DNA of 64,000 bases from Octopus sinensis (taxonomy: Eukaryota): contig NC_043006.1 in the NCBI RefSeq assembly GCF_006345805.1, positions 99,882,001 through 99,946,000 on the forward strand. Reading direction: 5' to 3'. The position numbers and the translations under genes were made by a program. Positions within the stretch are counted from its first letter, which is position 1; every line of letters begins with the position of its first letter. Positions 36,901 through 52,019 of the stretch are shown here, piece after piece. A model generated the notes under the pieces. It saw only the letters and a program-made list of their open reading frames with translations. It was not told the DNA's origin and did not search any database.

Positions 36901-38187
36901 GTGTGTGTGTTTATATATAAATATGTATATATAAAGTATATATACAGAGTGTATATATCTGTATTTATGTATATTAAACTTTTTAATACTTTTTGATATT
37001 TACGTAAAGGGAACTGGTTGCTTCTTTACAATTTTTGGGTGCAACTTGGGTGCGAGACAGATAATTTTCTCTGTTAATTACGTGACCAACAGGGGTCTAA
37101 CAGGGGGAAATTATGCCTACATATGAGCGCAGCGCATGTGAACATCCGAAGTGCTTTGAGTCGGGAGAAGAATTGAGCTGACGCAGACGTGTTGCAAAAC
37201 AAGGGAGTACACATGCACAACAGAGGAGCATGAGTGCAATAGGGCTTGCTAGGCTGAAATACAGTGTACAGTAATGAATATCCCAGTGATTAATGCGGTA
37301 AGGCTGAGGCTGCCAGCCAGTGCTCGAGCTATTATATGCCTCGGTCGTGCAGGAACAAAAGTGTGGCATGCAGGCGCGTTGTAAGGGACAAACAACTTTC
37401 TCTATGTATGCGTGACCGACTAGGGTCTTACAGAGATGAGTTGTGTTTACAAGGGCACATTGAGCATGGAAAACAAGCGAGAAAAGCAAACTTGGTTGAG
37501 TCCTCATCTTATAAAATGTGGCCCAATAGACCCAAGGAAATCGGGTTATATTAACCAAAATATGAAAAGGGGTTTAAATGGGGCTGGAAGGGGATTAAAA
37601 TTTAAAGGAGCGGGTGTTTAGCAATTCTCTGTTACATCAAACTAAAAATTTTGCGCCAGCCTTTTAATCGTCAATGTGTTGCCGTCCATGATGAAGAAGT
37701 TTTGAATGCTTGCCATCGTGAGTCTACTGTCGTGAGAAATAATCAATTCAAAACTTGGTTTTTAGGGATTTTCTTTTACATCAAGTTCATAATTTTACGC
37801 CAGCCGTTGAACTGTCAATACGTTGCTGTCCGTCGTTAAGAAATGCCAGCCATGGTGACTCTACTATCCTCAAATTCTATCCCTTCAAACTTTGGTTTCC
37901 AATATTTTATTATTTTTATTCAGCTCGCAAGTTCGTCTGTCCCTTTTAAATGTTAGTGTTTTGCTGTCTGCCTTGAAGCAGACCTTTCCGTTGTTACTGA
38001 CTTATATTTATGATTGATCTTTCTAAATATTTTATTTCTCAACTTACTCAAGATCTTTTGTTGTTTATAAATGGGAGAGAGATAGATAAAGATAGAGAAT
38101 AAGAGAAAGCGAGGGAGAGTCCGAGAGAAAGGAAGAGTAAGAGAGTGGGAAAGTGAGAGAGAAAGGAGAGAGAAACAAAGAGGGAGA

Positions 38188-38495
38188 ATCATCATCATCA
38201 TCGTTTAACGTCTGTTTTCTGTGCTAGCACGGGTTGAACAGTTTGACAGGGGTCTGGGAAGCCAGGAGGCTGCACCTGGCTCTAGTCTGATCTGGTAGTG
38301 TTTCTACAGGCGGATGCCCTTCCTAACGTCAACCACTCTGTGAGCGTAGTGGGTGCTTTTTCGTGCCGCCGGCACAGGTGCCAGGGGGCTGGCAGCGGCC
38401 ACGATCGGTTGGTGCTTTTTACGTGTCACCAGCACAGAAGCCAGTCAAGGTGGCGCTGCATTCCGCCACGTTCGGATGGTGCTTTTTACGTGCTG
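38188..38495 (-). mobile_element. LINE 3'UTR fragment (probably RTE) with (GAT)n tail and about 60-bp internal tandem repeats
   Basis: (atc)n gtttaacgtc.g.ttt...gctagcacgggttg. ggtgctttt(t)(a)cgtg occurs three times (about 38352, 38411, 38478). Confidence 0.65.
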
Positions 38496-38621
38496 AAAGG
38501 AAGCAACAGAAAGTAACAACCACACTCTTACCCGCGCGTAGAGCGGGTCACCTTCAGCTAGTATATATATATATATATACACATATATACAGGTATATAT
38601 ACAGATACATATACATATATG

Positions 38622-39521
<900 letters not shown>

Positions 39522-39877
39522 ATTATGCAGAGCTATCTATCGATTACATTTCAATTGTTCGCTTTAAATTTAAATGTGTCTATTTGCTTCCTGCATGTCT
39601 GTGTGTATATTATATGGATATGTTTATGGGTGCGTATATATTTAGGCTTGGGCATGTTCCCCATCACTACTTCAGAACACAATAAGTTTTTTGTTTATAT
39701 TCCCGTAACCTAGCGGTTCAGCAAAAAGATAGCGATGGAATAACTACCAGGTTTAATAAAAGAACAGGACTGGGTTTGATTGGCTTGGGCAAAACATTCA
39801 AGGCACTACCTCCGCATGCCCACAGTTAAATGATTACATGTGTGCATAAACTCATAATTTTCGCATGAGCATTTATG

Positions 39878-39912
<35 letters not shown>

Positions 39913-42624
39913 AATGCTTGTATGTGTGCGTGCCTTTAGATGGATTGAGCGATAAGTTTTGTTACATACGCACTCGCGCAAATATATGCGTATATGTATG
40001 TATATATGCAAGCATAAATTCTCATGCGAATATTATGCGTTTATACACACATGCGTATCCTTATAAAGATAAGTACGTGTATAACGCTAAATCGTTATGT
40101 TGATACACTCTCCATACACCTTCGCCAGTACAAGTCGATCAAATATTTATACATATGACTATCGTAGATTCTAGATTGTCACACATTATACACAATAAAA
40201 TATCTACCACGCACGATGAAAAATCACCTCTCTCTCCCCTCTCTCTCTCACTCCTTGTCGTCCGCTTATTCTCGGATTATGTATGTAAAAGATATATTAC
40301 CACCAACGCAATGCAAGCTTGTGAAGTCAAATTTTATAAAGCAATACATCACGATATACATTTAAATATCTCCTGTTTGATTTAGACCTCTTTGAAATTA
40401 TAAGCGACATATGAAATTTATCGACCAATACTTAAGGAATCTACCTAATATTTTAATATTGCACATCATGATTTGTAAGTTAAGATACAGTGAGCAATTA
40501 TCATTTATGTGGTTCACTAACGTTTCGAACGTAGACATGCAAAATATATTATGCCACTCTAATTCATACCGAGATTACAGAGTACAAACAGAGATCACAG
40601 AATATTATTTTAAAATTACGAATTCGATTTTAAGTATAATTCGATAAAGAAGTATTAGTATCACAACGGCAACAAAATACCAGACAAAATCTGTATAGCA
40701 GGAATATTGGGTGAAATTATAAGTTATGTGTTACACATTCAATGCAACAGAGATTTTAAAGCATTGAGTTGTTTATTGAAGTGCTGTGTTTTCCATTATT
40801 TGAGGAAGAAAACCATATGTGTGTGTACGCGTGTATATATGAGTCTGTGTGTGAGATTGAGAAAAAGAGTGATTAAAAAAGTCCGTGATAATGTGTATAT
40901 TTAAATTAACCTTTTCTTTTATTCACATTAAAAAGACAAAGTAATGGAAATCGGCAGGATTTGAAACTAACTTGATAGAAATAGTATGACCTGTTCTATC
41001 TACTTCTTTCAAGACTCTCTACAACTACCAACTTTGTTTTGGTTGTATAATCCCAAACCGGAAGGCTTCTACATATTCACAATGTTAAGAAAATAATGCT
41101 ATTCTCCTTCTATCTCTTGTTAAACATCTACCAATTTAAAACGTTTCTTTTTATATTACTTATAGAAATAACTAATAATACTTCAAGACCACAAAAATAC
41201 TTCAGCAAAACGAAGTTGGTAATAGTGGTGAAGACCGTTTAACGATAATAGATGTTGCCAATTTATTCTTTCGGAGGGACGGTGTGAAGATGCATTTCTC
41301 TTGTGCATTTGTAACATTGTCAAGAATACCTGCAACAACACTTTCAGTAACGCTAATATTAGAAACTATTTTTTCAAAAATACGAACACGAACAAGAAAC
41401 ACCTAAAACTGAAAGGTATAATGTTAATGTCGACCCATGTAATAATCACAACGATAGAAAATGACCATGATATAGTAGTAATGTTGTGAGCAGAACAATT
41501 TAAATAACGAAAGCAATAAAAATTATTCAACGCTAACATAATCAGAACTAAATAATTTTATGTTACATCTCAGACAAGGCTTCAAAAACACACCATGTTT
41601 ATGTGTAGAGTATAAATAATTTAAGAAACCAGTTGAGATATGAATGGAGTGACGGCAAGACTATATTTGTTACAGAACAGTATTTATCACTGGTAAAGCA
41701 GATGTGTGCTTGCGGGAAAATTGCATATCAGAATGTGTATAATTACAATAACTGCTGCGTTAACAATCTAAAGCAACGTATTTACTCTCCTTTTCATAAC
41801 CATTTTCGAGGAGACACTTAACTGCACCAACAAAAGAAAAAAAAAACGAAAGACTTGTTTAAGCTGAACATGCGTGTTGGGGTAATAGCATTATCAGAAG
41901 TGTTCATGGCTTAGCGGGATACACCCTATCGTTATATGTGAATAGGAACAAACTAGTATTTTACCTCCAGGGGTAAAGGAGCATTTAAAGTGTTCCTACA
42001 AATGGAAAGAACATGAAAATCACATTAATCATTCAATATGTGACCAATGATTACTACAGAAACGACAAAAATAAGAAAAATTATTAGATGCTAAGTTTGT
42101 CAGTATTAACAGATTAAGAATAGTAATCCACGACATACAGCAGCATTAACTTAAGATGCAATAAATCATATTGGAGACGATTTCACTCTCCAAAACATAC
42201 CAGCGAAGTTCACAAACTGACGAAATGGAATTGAGGGGAGTTTCCGAAAAAATTCCTCGATAGAGGAAGTTCAGAAATGCATAATTTATATACAAACCTT
42301 GTACCTAAAACCATTGATGCTTTTGCAATCTGTATTCTGAGTGAATGTTTATCATTTTCATTTTTTTTCAGCAATATTCCAAACATAACTTAAATTAAGC
42401 ATTGAGCCCACAGCTAATAGAGACTGGAGTGAAATGTAACATTTTCTATGACGTGCAGTTTACATTTAGAAAAGCAAAGAAATGTCGAAGTTAACACACC
42501 GCGGGCAATACGTTCTTAGGTTGTTAGATGTCGCATTCATTTGTTCTCATGTAGTAGCTTGTGACTTTAATTTAAATTTGTCAAGAGAAATGAATCTACA
42601 AGGAAGATTAACGAATAAAATAAC

Positions 42625-42900
42625 TATAGTAGTAGTAGTAGTAGTAGTAGTTGTTGTTGTAGTAATAGTAGTAGTGGTGGTGGTGATGGTAGTGGTAGTG
42701 GTGGTGGTGGTAGTGGTGGTGTTGGTGGTGGTGGTGGTAGTGGTAGTGGTGGTGGTGGTAGTGGTGGTGTTGGTGGTGGTGGTGGTAGTGGTGGTAGTGG
42801 TGGTGGTGGTGGTAGTGGTGGTTGTGGTGGTAGTGGTAGTGGTAGTGGTGGTGGTGTGGTTGTTGTTTTCTTGCTGTTGAATTGTCGTGGTTGTTGTTGT
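42625..42900. repeat. (GTA)/(GTG)/(GTT) compound trinucleotide array
   Basis: Seen directly. It explains the poly-V/T/H ORFs. Confidence 0.97.
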
Positions 42901-44495
42901 TGAAGTCATCTTTACCCATTTAGACCATAATAAAAGATGCCTCTTTTTCATGATGCCCACACTCTTCTCAACCTGCAATAATCGTGATTGCAAACGTAGT
43001 ATCAATACACTTTTTCATGTTTCTCTTTTCCTTTTGCAGCTGTCTCCCATTTCAGCCTCTTTTAAAAATTTCTTTTACATCTATCAGTTTTATTTTTCCA
43101 TTAATCTTTACAAGATATTTTTGTAGCATACTTGTAATTTGTTTTCGCGGAAAACATAATCTTTTTATATCAGACTTTCCGTTATATATTCTAAAGACGT
43201 CCGTTCTTTTTCATTTTTTTTTTTTTTTGTTTATCAAGTTTTAATAATTCATTAAGAAGTTAGATGCAAACATTACGATTAATCACACAAGCACAGCTGA
43301 TGTATTAATGACTGAAGCCAAGGCCGTATTTTTCTGCAGTTAAGGTGTTTTTAAGTACTAATCTAAAGCACTTGTAGTATTTCTTACAAACTGTTCTTAT
43401 ATTTGTGTATCTGGTGATCTTTGTTGTTTATCGATTTCTATGATTTTGTTTAGCGTAGTTGCCTTATCTCTTTTTCATGCGGCAGATATTAGTGTTCTTA
43501 ATAAACTTTTCCTGAATAGAAATTGTCGTAATGCATGTTTTCTAATCCATGTCTCTTATCACTTCCTGTTATAAAGCCATGTGTTATCTCTAGCGGCGAG
43601 CCAAGCACTTGTTCTTAGTTGTATACTTCAACGCATAACTTGAGATTGCTCATATAAATAAGTTATTTCCCACTCATAATATTTGTCTCAGAATGCATTC
43701 TCGTTTATTGAGTGGTTAAAGGAGAGAAAGGAAACTTCTCAATAAAATTAGGATCAATTCTTATTATTCTCTCTGCTGCTACCCTATCTCCTGGATCGTC
43801 TGCCATTTACTCGCATCTTTAATGCATATTTGAATTACTACTTGTATCTTATTTAGTATTCCTAGTAACTTCACGTAGAAAACAACGTCCAACTGTTCTC
43901 GTAAGATATGGATATTAAAATTGGGTCAATCCTTGATATTAAGAATAATCATAAATCTTTTCCACCAGTGTGCCGGCTGGCAGCTCTCTTCGGTTTTTCT
44001 ATAAGATTGCTAAACGTATATAACAGAACGTTATGTGTCCCTGTGAATAACTTAACCAGAACTTAGGGAATTTGTCAAATCCTAAAAATTTCAAATGTTT
44101 AGTTTTCGAAACATTATCGCCTTCGACAAATTTTCGCGTTACGCATTGTTTAATAAACCGTTTCCTGTCATTCCTCCGCAGATCATAGTCCTCTGAAAAT
44201 AACTCAAATTACCATTCTGTTTGTGTAATATCGATTCCTGTTTTATTTTTACAAATGGCTTGGTTATCAATACATTCCTGAAAATTCTCCCAAATAAGCC
44301 TTCTTTTCGCAACTTAGGGTAAATAGCATTTCTTTCCTAATAGCTATAGCAAAAATGATTGTCAGGGGCACATGGTTTAAAATAGAATATTTTTGCTTCT
44401 CTTATGATACTTGAGGAAGGTCATTTTTAACTTTATCAATTAAACACTATCACTATACATTTGTTCTTCGCTTCAGTTTTATTATTATTATTATT

Positions 44496-44780
44496 CTATG
44501 TTTGACTTTTGCTTTATGTCTGTACAAGCCGGCTCCAAGTCTCATCCAGAGACCTCAAGAGACAACAGGTTGGAAGTTCTGTGCCATAAATTGGGGGGGG
44601 GGGTGTTGTACTAGTGAATGTCTAATACATAAAAATAAAAAAATAAAAAATAAATGAATAAAAAAATAAAAAAAGCTTGTTTTAAACCTTGGGATTACAT
44701 AGAGAGTATTTTGCGTAGGATATGAGCAGTTCCCATGAGCACTATCTTTTGAATTTCTGCCATTTTGGGGTTTCCTGGTA

Positions 44781-44782
<2 letters not shown>
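44496..44782 (-). mobile_element. Extremely 5'-truncated R4/Dong-like 3' end, (TAA)n on both sides
   Basis: Minus strand IPGNPKMAEIQKIVLMGTAHILRKILSM* resembles QKIALLGTAHILR of the 12122 element. Tail ...aaagtcaaacatag followed by (AAT)n. Confidence 0.8.
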
Positions 44783-44836
<54 letters not shown>

Positions 44837-45058
44837 ATTTTTATTATTATTTTAGTTTATTTCATCAAACATCCTGTGACCACTTCAACGAATCTTCTTG
44901 TTGTGCTTAGTCTATTTTGTCTTTCTGTCAGAAATACAACATGGAGGACTAAGTAGATTAGAACGAAACGCGCAGGGTAGAGATTCATTGAAGAGGTCAC
45001 AAGCTGTGTGACGAAAGAGCCTTCACAAAGACACGAAATAATAATAATAATAATAATA

Positions 45059-45106
<48 letters not shown>

Positions 45107-45499
45107 TAATAATAACAACAACAACAACAATAATAAAACTAAAGTAAAAATAAATAAACTGCGTGTGTGTTTAATACTCAAGTTCAATGACATCTGTTTT
45201 ATCACACGATTCTACACCAATCTAGCAAAACAAATACATCAACATAATTTTTGTTTCTCTTTGGCCATATCTCATGAACATAATGACATTTTATTCGTTA
45301 AAGTTACAGTATGGTAATAGTGCTAACTGGCAGCAAATATATTTAAAGGTGGAAATGACGAGTATCACTTGAGCGAATTTTTCAGCTTTGAGCGAGTACC
45401 TGTGGACAGTGAGGAACATTTTGGAAGCGTTAGTCATAGATGGTTGAACGCGTTGTGGTCGGACAAACACGAAAACAAGATATCGCATTCTTCTACTTC

Positions 45500-45776
45500 A
45501 AGTAGTAGTAACATCACCACCACCAGTAGCAGTGGTGGTGGTAGTAGTAGTAGTAGTAGTTGTAGTAGTAGTAGCAGCAGCGACACCACCACCACCACCA
45601 GTAGTAGTAGTAGTAGTATCAACACCACCACCACCACCAGTAGTAGTAGTAGTAGTAGCAACACCACCACCACTACCAGTAGTAGTAGTAGTAGTAGCAG
45701 TAGTAGCAACACCACCACCACCAGTAGTAGTAGTAGTAGTAGTAGTAGCAGTAGTAGCAACACCACCACCACCACC

Positions 45777-45808
<32 letters not shown>

Positions 45809-45900
45809 CAACACCACCACCACCAGTAGTAGTATTAGTAGTAGTAGCAACACCACCACCACCACCAGTAGTAGTAGTAGTGTTGGTGGTGGTGGTGGTG
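45500..45900. repeat. Compound array of alternating (AGT)n and AAC(ACC)n blocks
   Basis: About seven units of (agt)4-9 agc aac (acc)3-5. Confidence 0.95.
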
Positions 45901-46769
45901 GTGCCGCTTCCTCTTGCTGTTGTTTTTTCTGCACTAGTATCACTGTGCCTGTTGATATTAGCAGGCTGGAGAGAGGGTGTGTATGATTGATTTTATGAAA
46001 TATAAATTGAAATAAAGTGCGCAGAAGACAACCAAAAAACAAGGATCTCCATTTGTATTTCTATACGGAAAACATATTCTCCTCTCACATCAATATCACA
46101 CCTGAGAAAGTCACGTACATGACTATACTGCATTGCTCTTCCTCAAATCTATATTTCTCTTGCGTTGAACATAACAGATGAACAGAGAACTCGCCATTGT
46201 AAAGTTATTTTGCATAAATCAACAGGAGTAGCGTCGATGCAGAATACAACTTCCCACTGAGAAACATTTCATATTCTATTTTCATTTATGAATGTAAGAA
46301 TATTATGCAATCTCTTTTCTCACTTATCCATTAGATATCACGTTTCAATGCTTTACTGCAGGAGAAAACGTTCGTTTATGCAACAATCATATCGACAGTT
46401 TGAAAAACATTCATCGTCTGATATGCAGGCATATTTATTGAATTCATTAAATTTACTGACTTCCATAGTTGTGTATCACTTAGTAACAGTTGCCATGTTG
46501 TAAAGTACAGATAGAATTACACGCAATGTTTAATTGTATTATATATATGTGTGTGGATATATATATAAGAAATTAAAAAAGGAAAATAGACACACTTTAC
46601 ATAGTTTTAATATACTTTTTAATAAATCGACCGGTTTCGCTTTCGCTATTCATGATATTATGGTTTACTTATTTCAATATGTATTTTCTGAAGAAGAAAT
46701 TTTTGTTCATGCTGTGTGTGATGATATTTACGAGTGAAGAGAAGGTAACTGGTTATTGTTATTATTGTT

Positions 46770-47160
46770 ATTGTTGTGGACAAGAGAGATAACTGTTTTA
46801 TTAGCAGTCTCTTTGGCGATTTGCGTTGCTTTTTGCATTTGATGAGTTTGCGTGTTTTCAGGATGTCGTTCATTTTGGGATCTCTATTTAGTAAAGGGAG
46901 ATTTTGCACAATAGTGTTGAATGCCTCACGGAAACCAATACCTATCACGCTTTACAAAACCTTCGAAATACTTGCAATTGAAGAATCTCTGCTAAAAGTA
47001 CCCACCTGGGCAGGAGACAGCGTTATATCAGTTGACTGAATAAATCTAGCTACGAGTAGGAACCTGTAAGGAAGCATTTTCTTTGTCGTTCTATTTGGAA
47101 CAAGTCGTAGATAAATTGGCCTCCACCACCGTATTAAACAAGAAAAAAAAAACGAAACAT
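46770..47160 (-). mobile_element. Degenerate PLE fragment of the same lineage as 18575/32530
   Basis: EAFNTIVQNLPLLNRDPKMNDILKTRKLIKCKKQRKSPKRLL aligns with EAFTIITHNLPILHKNPKLKEILNIHQIIKSYKQPKSLKKIL. Confidence 0.75.
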
Positions 47161-47613
47161 TGAACGGCAAAATTTAGACTTAATGTTAAAGTACGGGCTA
47201 TCTTAAACTGAAATGCATTTGAATATAGTTTTACACTATAAAGCTGATACAGCAGAAAACTTTTCCAGGAAGAAAATTGATTTTATGCAACAGCATGTTT
47301 TCTGGAGATTATATCCAAGTGTAAACGTTGTTATCATTTTGTTTTAAATCTAACATTGGCTATTAACTCATCATAGTCTTCGTTTATGTAGATGCGAGTG
47401 CATATATCTGTGAAAGGGTTTCTGTATCAGTACTGATCTTCCGTTTATATTCTGAAGTTCTGCTGTTATGTGTATTCTCTTGAAGAATATCACAATCCAT
47501 ACTAACGCTGACATATTTTTCTTAAAAAAAGCAATTTTGCAATTATAAAAATAAATTACTGAGATGTACTTGCATAGCAAGTGACCTGATCTGAGATCGT
47601 GTGCTGGAACGAA

Positions 47614-47900
47614 AACAATTGCAGCGAGGAATGTGTTTATATGCCTTTTAAGAAACACACAAAAACCGTTAGATTCACTTCAACATTTAAATTTAATTTG
47701 TCAAAATATTTTCGTCGTTTTGAGACCGCGACCTGTTCACTAACAAAACTTCAGATGCAGCACGAAGTTTTGTCAGTATCAGGTCGCGGTCTCAAAGTGA
47801 CGAAAATATTTTGACAAATTAAATTTAAATGTTGAAGTGAATCTAACGGTTTTGTGTGTTTCTTAAATGGCATATAAACACCTTCCTCGCTGCAATTGTT
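47614..47900. mobile_element. Palindromic MITE-like element (about 138-bp arms, 11-nt loop)
   Basis: 47614-47752 pairs with 47764-47900. Loop agatgcagcac, few mismatches. Confidence 0.9.
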
Positions 47901-48321
47901 AAATATAAATTAATCTAAACGAAAGGCCGTAATATTAATTCTATTGATAGTTAATCTGTTAAGTCATTGTATGCATTTAGTGTTACTGGGGTACATCTGA
48001 CAGATGAAAATGTGTAACTAGTGGGGTATTAAATCGGAAGCATGATTCTTGCATCTTGAATGAAAGTATGCCTCTTTATTCGATGTGTTTTATCTCCTCT
48101 ATATCTTTGCTCAGTCGTCACCATCTAACAGAATCTGATCCAGAGCATCTTAAAGGCGAATACTAATTCCTCTGTTAAGCGCATTTGCATATACGTACAT
48201 TCTCATACATACAACAGACATACGTGTGTATGTACATATGTATATATGTAATATATATATATACATATACATATATAACTGTGTGTGTGTATACATACAG
48301 ACGCACATTCACGCACACTCT

Positions 48322-48422
<101 letters not shown>

Positions 48423-48524
48423 ATGTACGTATGTACGTGTATATTTTAAACCTGGAGCCTAAAATCATGTTCAAAATTTCAAATGTTTCCGAGTCTTAAT
48501 AATAACCACAATTTATTTTTCTCC

Positions 48525-48598
<74 letters not shown>

Positions 48599-51500
48599 GA
48601 CTTGACATAGATCATACGTTACAACACGGTGCACAAGATTTTCACTATAAATTATCACACGTTATAAATCTGTAGGTTTAGGGCACTATTTCTTGAAATA
48701 AATTACTACCTATTCCTTAATATTTGTATACATGCACATATTAATATGTATCAATTACATACCCACAATGTGTTATGGTTGATATCACCTTTAGATCTCT
48801 CACACATTTATAGCAAGCAAGACGTACAGAACATAATCCTAAGCACATTTTTTTTTTTCGTTTTTCATCTGTTTTCTTTTCGTATCTACACACGTATACA
48901 CACACAAACACATACACACACACACGCACGCATGCACACGCACATATTATTTGTATGTGTGTGTTTCTTCTGCCTCTCATTCTGATTCATGTTTACAGAT
49001 TATAGAGCTAAATTAATACGTTGGAATTCTTGTGGAACTAAAGATTGCCTCCAGCTCATACATAAATATCAGTTATACACAGGAAAATATGGTAATTATG
49101 ATGAGAGAAATGGATGTTGTTATGCAGATTTGCATCTTTCTGATAGGGAAAGTTAACTTTGTGAATGAATATACTACTAAATAAAATGATCGTGTATAAA
49201 AGTTTATTCAGAAGATGGAATGGAAAGATAGAATATTTCTACAGTAAAATATTGGTTCGACTAATATTGATTTTTTTTCTTAAGCACAAGAATTTTCAAT
49301 GCCACAGGAAAAAGCTATCAGTTTTAATTAACCGAATACAAGTGACTTAGAAGCGTAACACGCTTAGGTGGAATCGGAAAAAGCGATATTTGCACCTATA
49401 TGTCACTGGTACATATTTTATAAACTTCACAGCAGTATAACGCGAATGCCTCCGCAAACAGTTATAGAATGAGAAAAGATATAAGTAATGTCTGCCTGTT
49501 TCGTATGATCCTTCATGTGAAACAGTGTGTTGTAAATGATATTGCTGTATTTGTATTTGAAAGAAAGTTGTTGTAATAATAAAACACATTTCGTTGTTGT
49601 TTAAATCTCTATGAAGATGTTTGTTATAGTCATTCGTTAAACATTTGTAACAAAGATTGATTACCCCAAGAATATATTACTATATACAAAGTGTTTATTT
49701 TATCAGGTTTCAAGAAAGGAGCAGCTCATATAACATACAGACTTCACATGAGATTTGGCAGATATTTAAAAATAATTCTGGTAATTGTTTCCTTAGTATG
49801 CCTCAGTATTGTCGCTTCACATGTAAAAATAACAGCCAATTTGCTTGCAAATAACATTCAACTATAGAAAAGAAATCATTGCAACAGGACGACACATTTC
49901 ACCATATAGATATATCACATGAAAAACTAATTTGATAATCTCCTCTGAAATGTGTTTGATCAAAGCTGGACTATTATTGCTATGGGTATATAAAATACCT
50001 ACGGTAAGAAAAACTGCTATTTATTTTGCCTGTCCCTTGGCTATTATTTGAAAATATGAATTATAGTAATATTTGAAAGGAATTATAATTTTACTGCTTT
50101 TAGCATTATTAACTTAGGGTCAACAAGCTATTGAATGTGTTACAACATCAGAAAAATTATACTTTTGTTGAAAATTAAATTACATAAACATAATTCTGTT
50201 TCTCTATTCATTGGGCTTCCTCGATGTTTTTATTATTCTATATACATAAAAAGAATTGTACCCGGTAATATAGGCACCTCTTTATAATATGAAGAGTTTA
50301 TTCTTAATTTATTACAATCTGGTATTTCTAAATTATTGGCGCTGCTGAATTCGAAACAATAAATGCAGTTTTGTCTGATCTTAGAGACAGAACATGAATT
50401 TAGCAGCATGTAGTACGGAGGATAATACTGTACACAACCAAGTGTAATATTGTGTTTCAACACTAGAAATTTGTCTGTTTTAGCCAAATATAACAGTAAC
50501 ATTTGAACACTAAACTTCAAAAGAAAGAATTGATAAAACGCTTTGACCAGACTGCAACAGAAATCAATGGAAAATAAACATTAATTCAGTGAGAAAACTG
50601 TAGTACAAATTATTCCGTCAACATCAATATCAACAATAATTTACAATCACATCAACTAAACCATTAACAACATCATATGAAAAAAAAAAACATTATCAAA
50701 CATATCAATAAAATGGGGAACGAGAAATATTGATATGTTATATGAATACAATGACACAAGTATTTTGGTGGGGGGCGGAACATTCGATTAAATCGACCTA
50801 AGTACTTAACTGTTGCTTATTGTATTGACCTATGAAGAAGGAAATCAAAGTTGATTCTGAAGTATTTGATACTACAACATAAAGGCACGAAATTAAATCC
50901 TGTAAGTCATTTTGCTAGGTCTATCTTCTTCAACATTTGGGCTGCTAGAAAAGTTAACAACACAAAAGAAATTGAATTTATTGAAGATTATTGTATTTAT
51001 CGGGTCTGTTTAAAATACCAGGTACTTTGATGTGAAAATATCACGATGTTATATTGGTGAAATAGGTTCCTTATATCCAAGATCAATAATCGAAGACATG
51101 ACTTGCAATAACAATATGTTGATCTCAGCTAAGAACACCAATATTATAGCTAAATTTCTCATGATCTTCGGCTAATTTTCTGTCATTGATCTTCTTCAGC
51201 AGATGGCACCATAATAACATAATTTCAATAACAAATTGCAATGACATCAACAGTAACAATTCCATAATTTTGTCATATTCTTTCCTGAAATGCTTCCTAT
51301 GGAATGGAAAGTTCCACAGCCCTGTCCCTTTGTTTGATATGAAATAAGTACACAGCGAAAATTGTGTTAGTTAATATGATGGTAGTAGAAATACAGTACT
51401 TATTAACGGGTATTTACCCTGTGCATGTACCTCTTTGCTCCTAAAATGGAAAAGATCCGTCACGATAAAGGGAAAACAAAGAAATGTAGGATCAATTATT

Positions 51501-51684
51501 ACCTCTGAAATTTAACACCATCAGTTTGAAAGACTATAAATGATAAAAGTGGTAATCTACAAAATGTAAGACATATCGTTAAATAAAACTCTATTAATAC
51601 ACGATGCATCTATGAAGATAAGTGGACAAAGTTACGGTTGGAACATATTTCATAAAAAAAAAATTCCTCAATAATCAACTCGCA

Positions 51685-51872
51685 TTCTTCTTCTTCTTCT
51701 TCTTCTTCTTCTTCTTCTTCTTCTTCTTCTTCTTCTTCTTCTTCTTCTTCTTTTTCTTCTTCTTCTCCTTCTTCTTCTTCTTCTTCTTCTTCTCCTTCTC
51801 TTCCCCTCCTCCTCCTCCTGCTCCTGCTCCTCGTCGTCGTCGTCGTCATGATCATCATCATCATGATCATCA

Positions 51873-51935
<63 letters not shown>

Positions 51936-51946
51936 CATCACCATTA

Positions 51947-51978
<32 letters not shown>

Positions 51979-52019
51979 TATTATATTATTATTATTATTA
52001 TTATATTATTATTATTATT
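51685..52019. repeat. (TTC)n-(TCC)n-(TCG)n-(ATC)n-(ATT)n graded microsatellite
   Basis: Seen directly. Confidence 0.97.

Noticed and set aside
37640-37950. CRISPR-like or prokaryotic repeat systems
   Set aside because: There is no constant repeat/spacer array and no cas-like ORF anywhere in the window, and the context is eukaryotic.
42218-42262. CTGACGA...ccGAAA
   Set aside because: Stem II is out of register and there is no stem I, so a chance match is likely.
42482-43005. Poly-V/T/H, poly-S/T, poly-L/N/Q and poly-E/F ORFs (also 45369-46042, 51610-52095, 59411-60428)
   Set aside because: They coincide exactly with trinucleotide arrays and have no flanking domain or splice support.
44960-45030. 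cgaaacgcgc and ttgaaga-ggtcac..gtgac-gaaa hammerhead-like pieces
   Set aside because: No stem I complement and no intact core for the first piece. At best these are relics.
50233-50520. 95-aa Cys-containing minus ORF
   Set aside because: No recognisable domain or splice context, and the length is within chance range.
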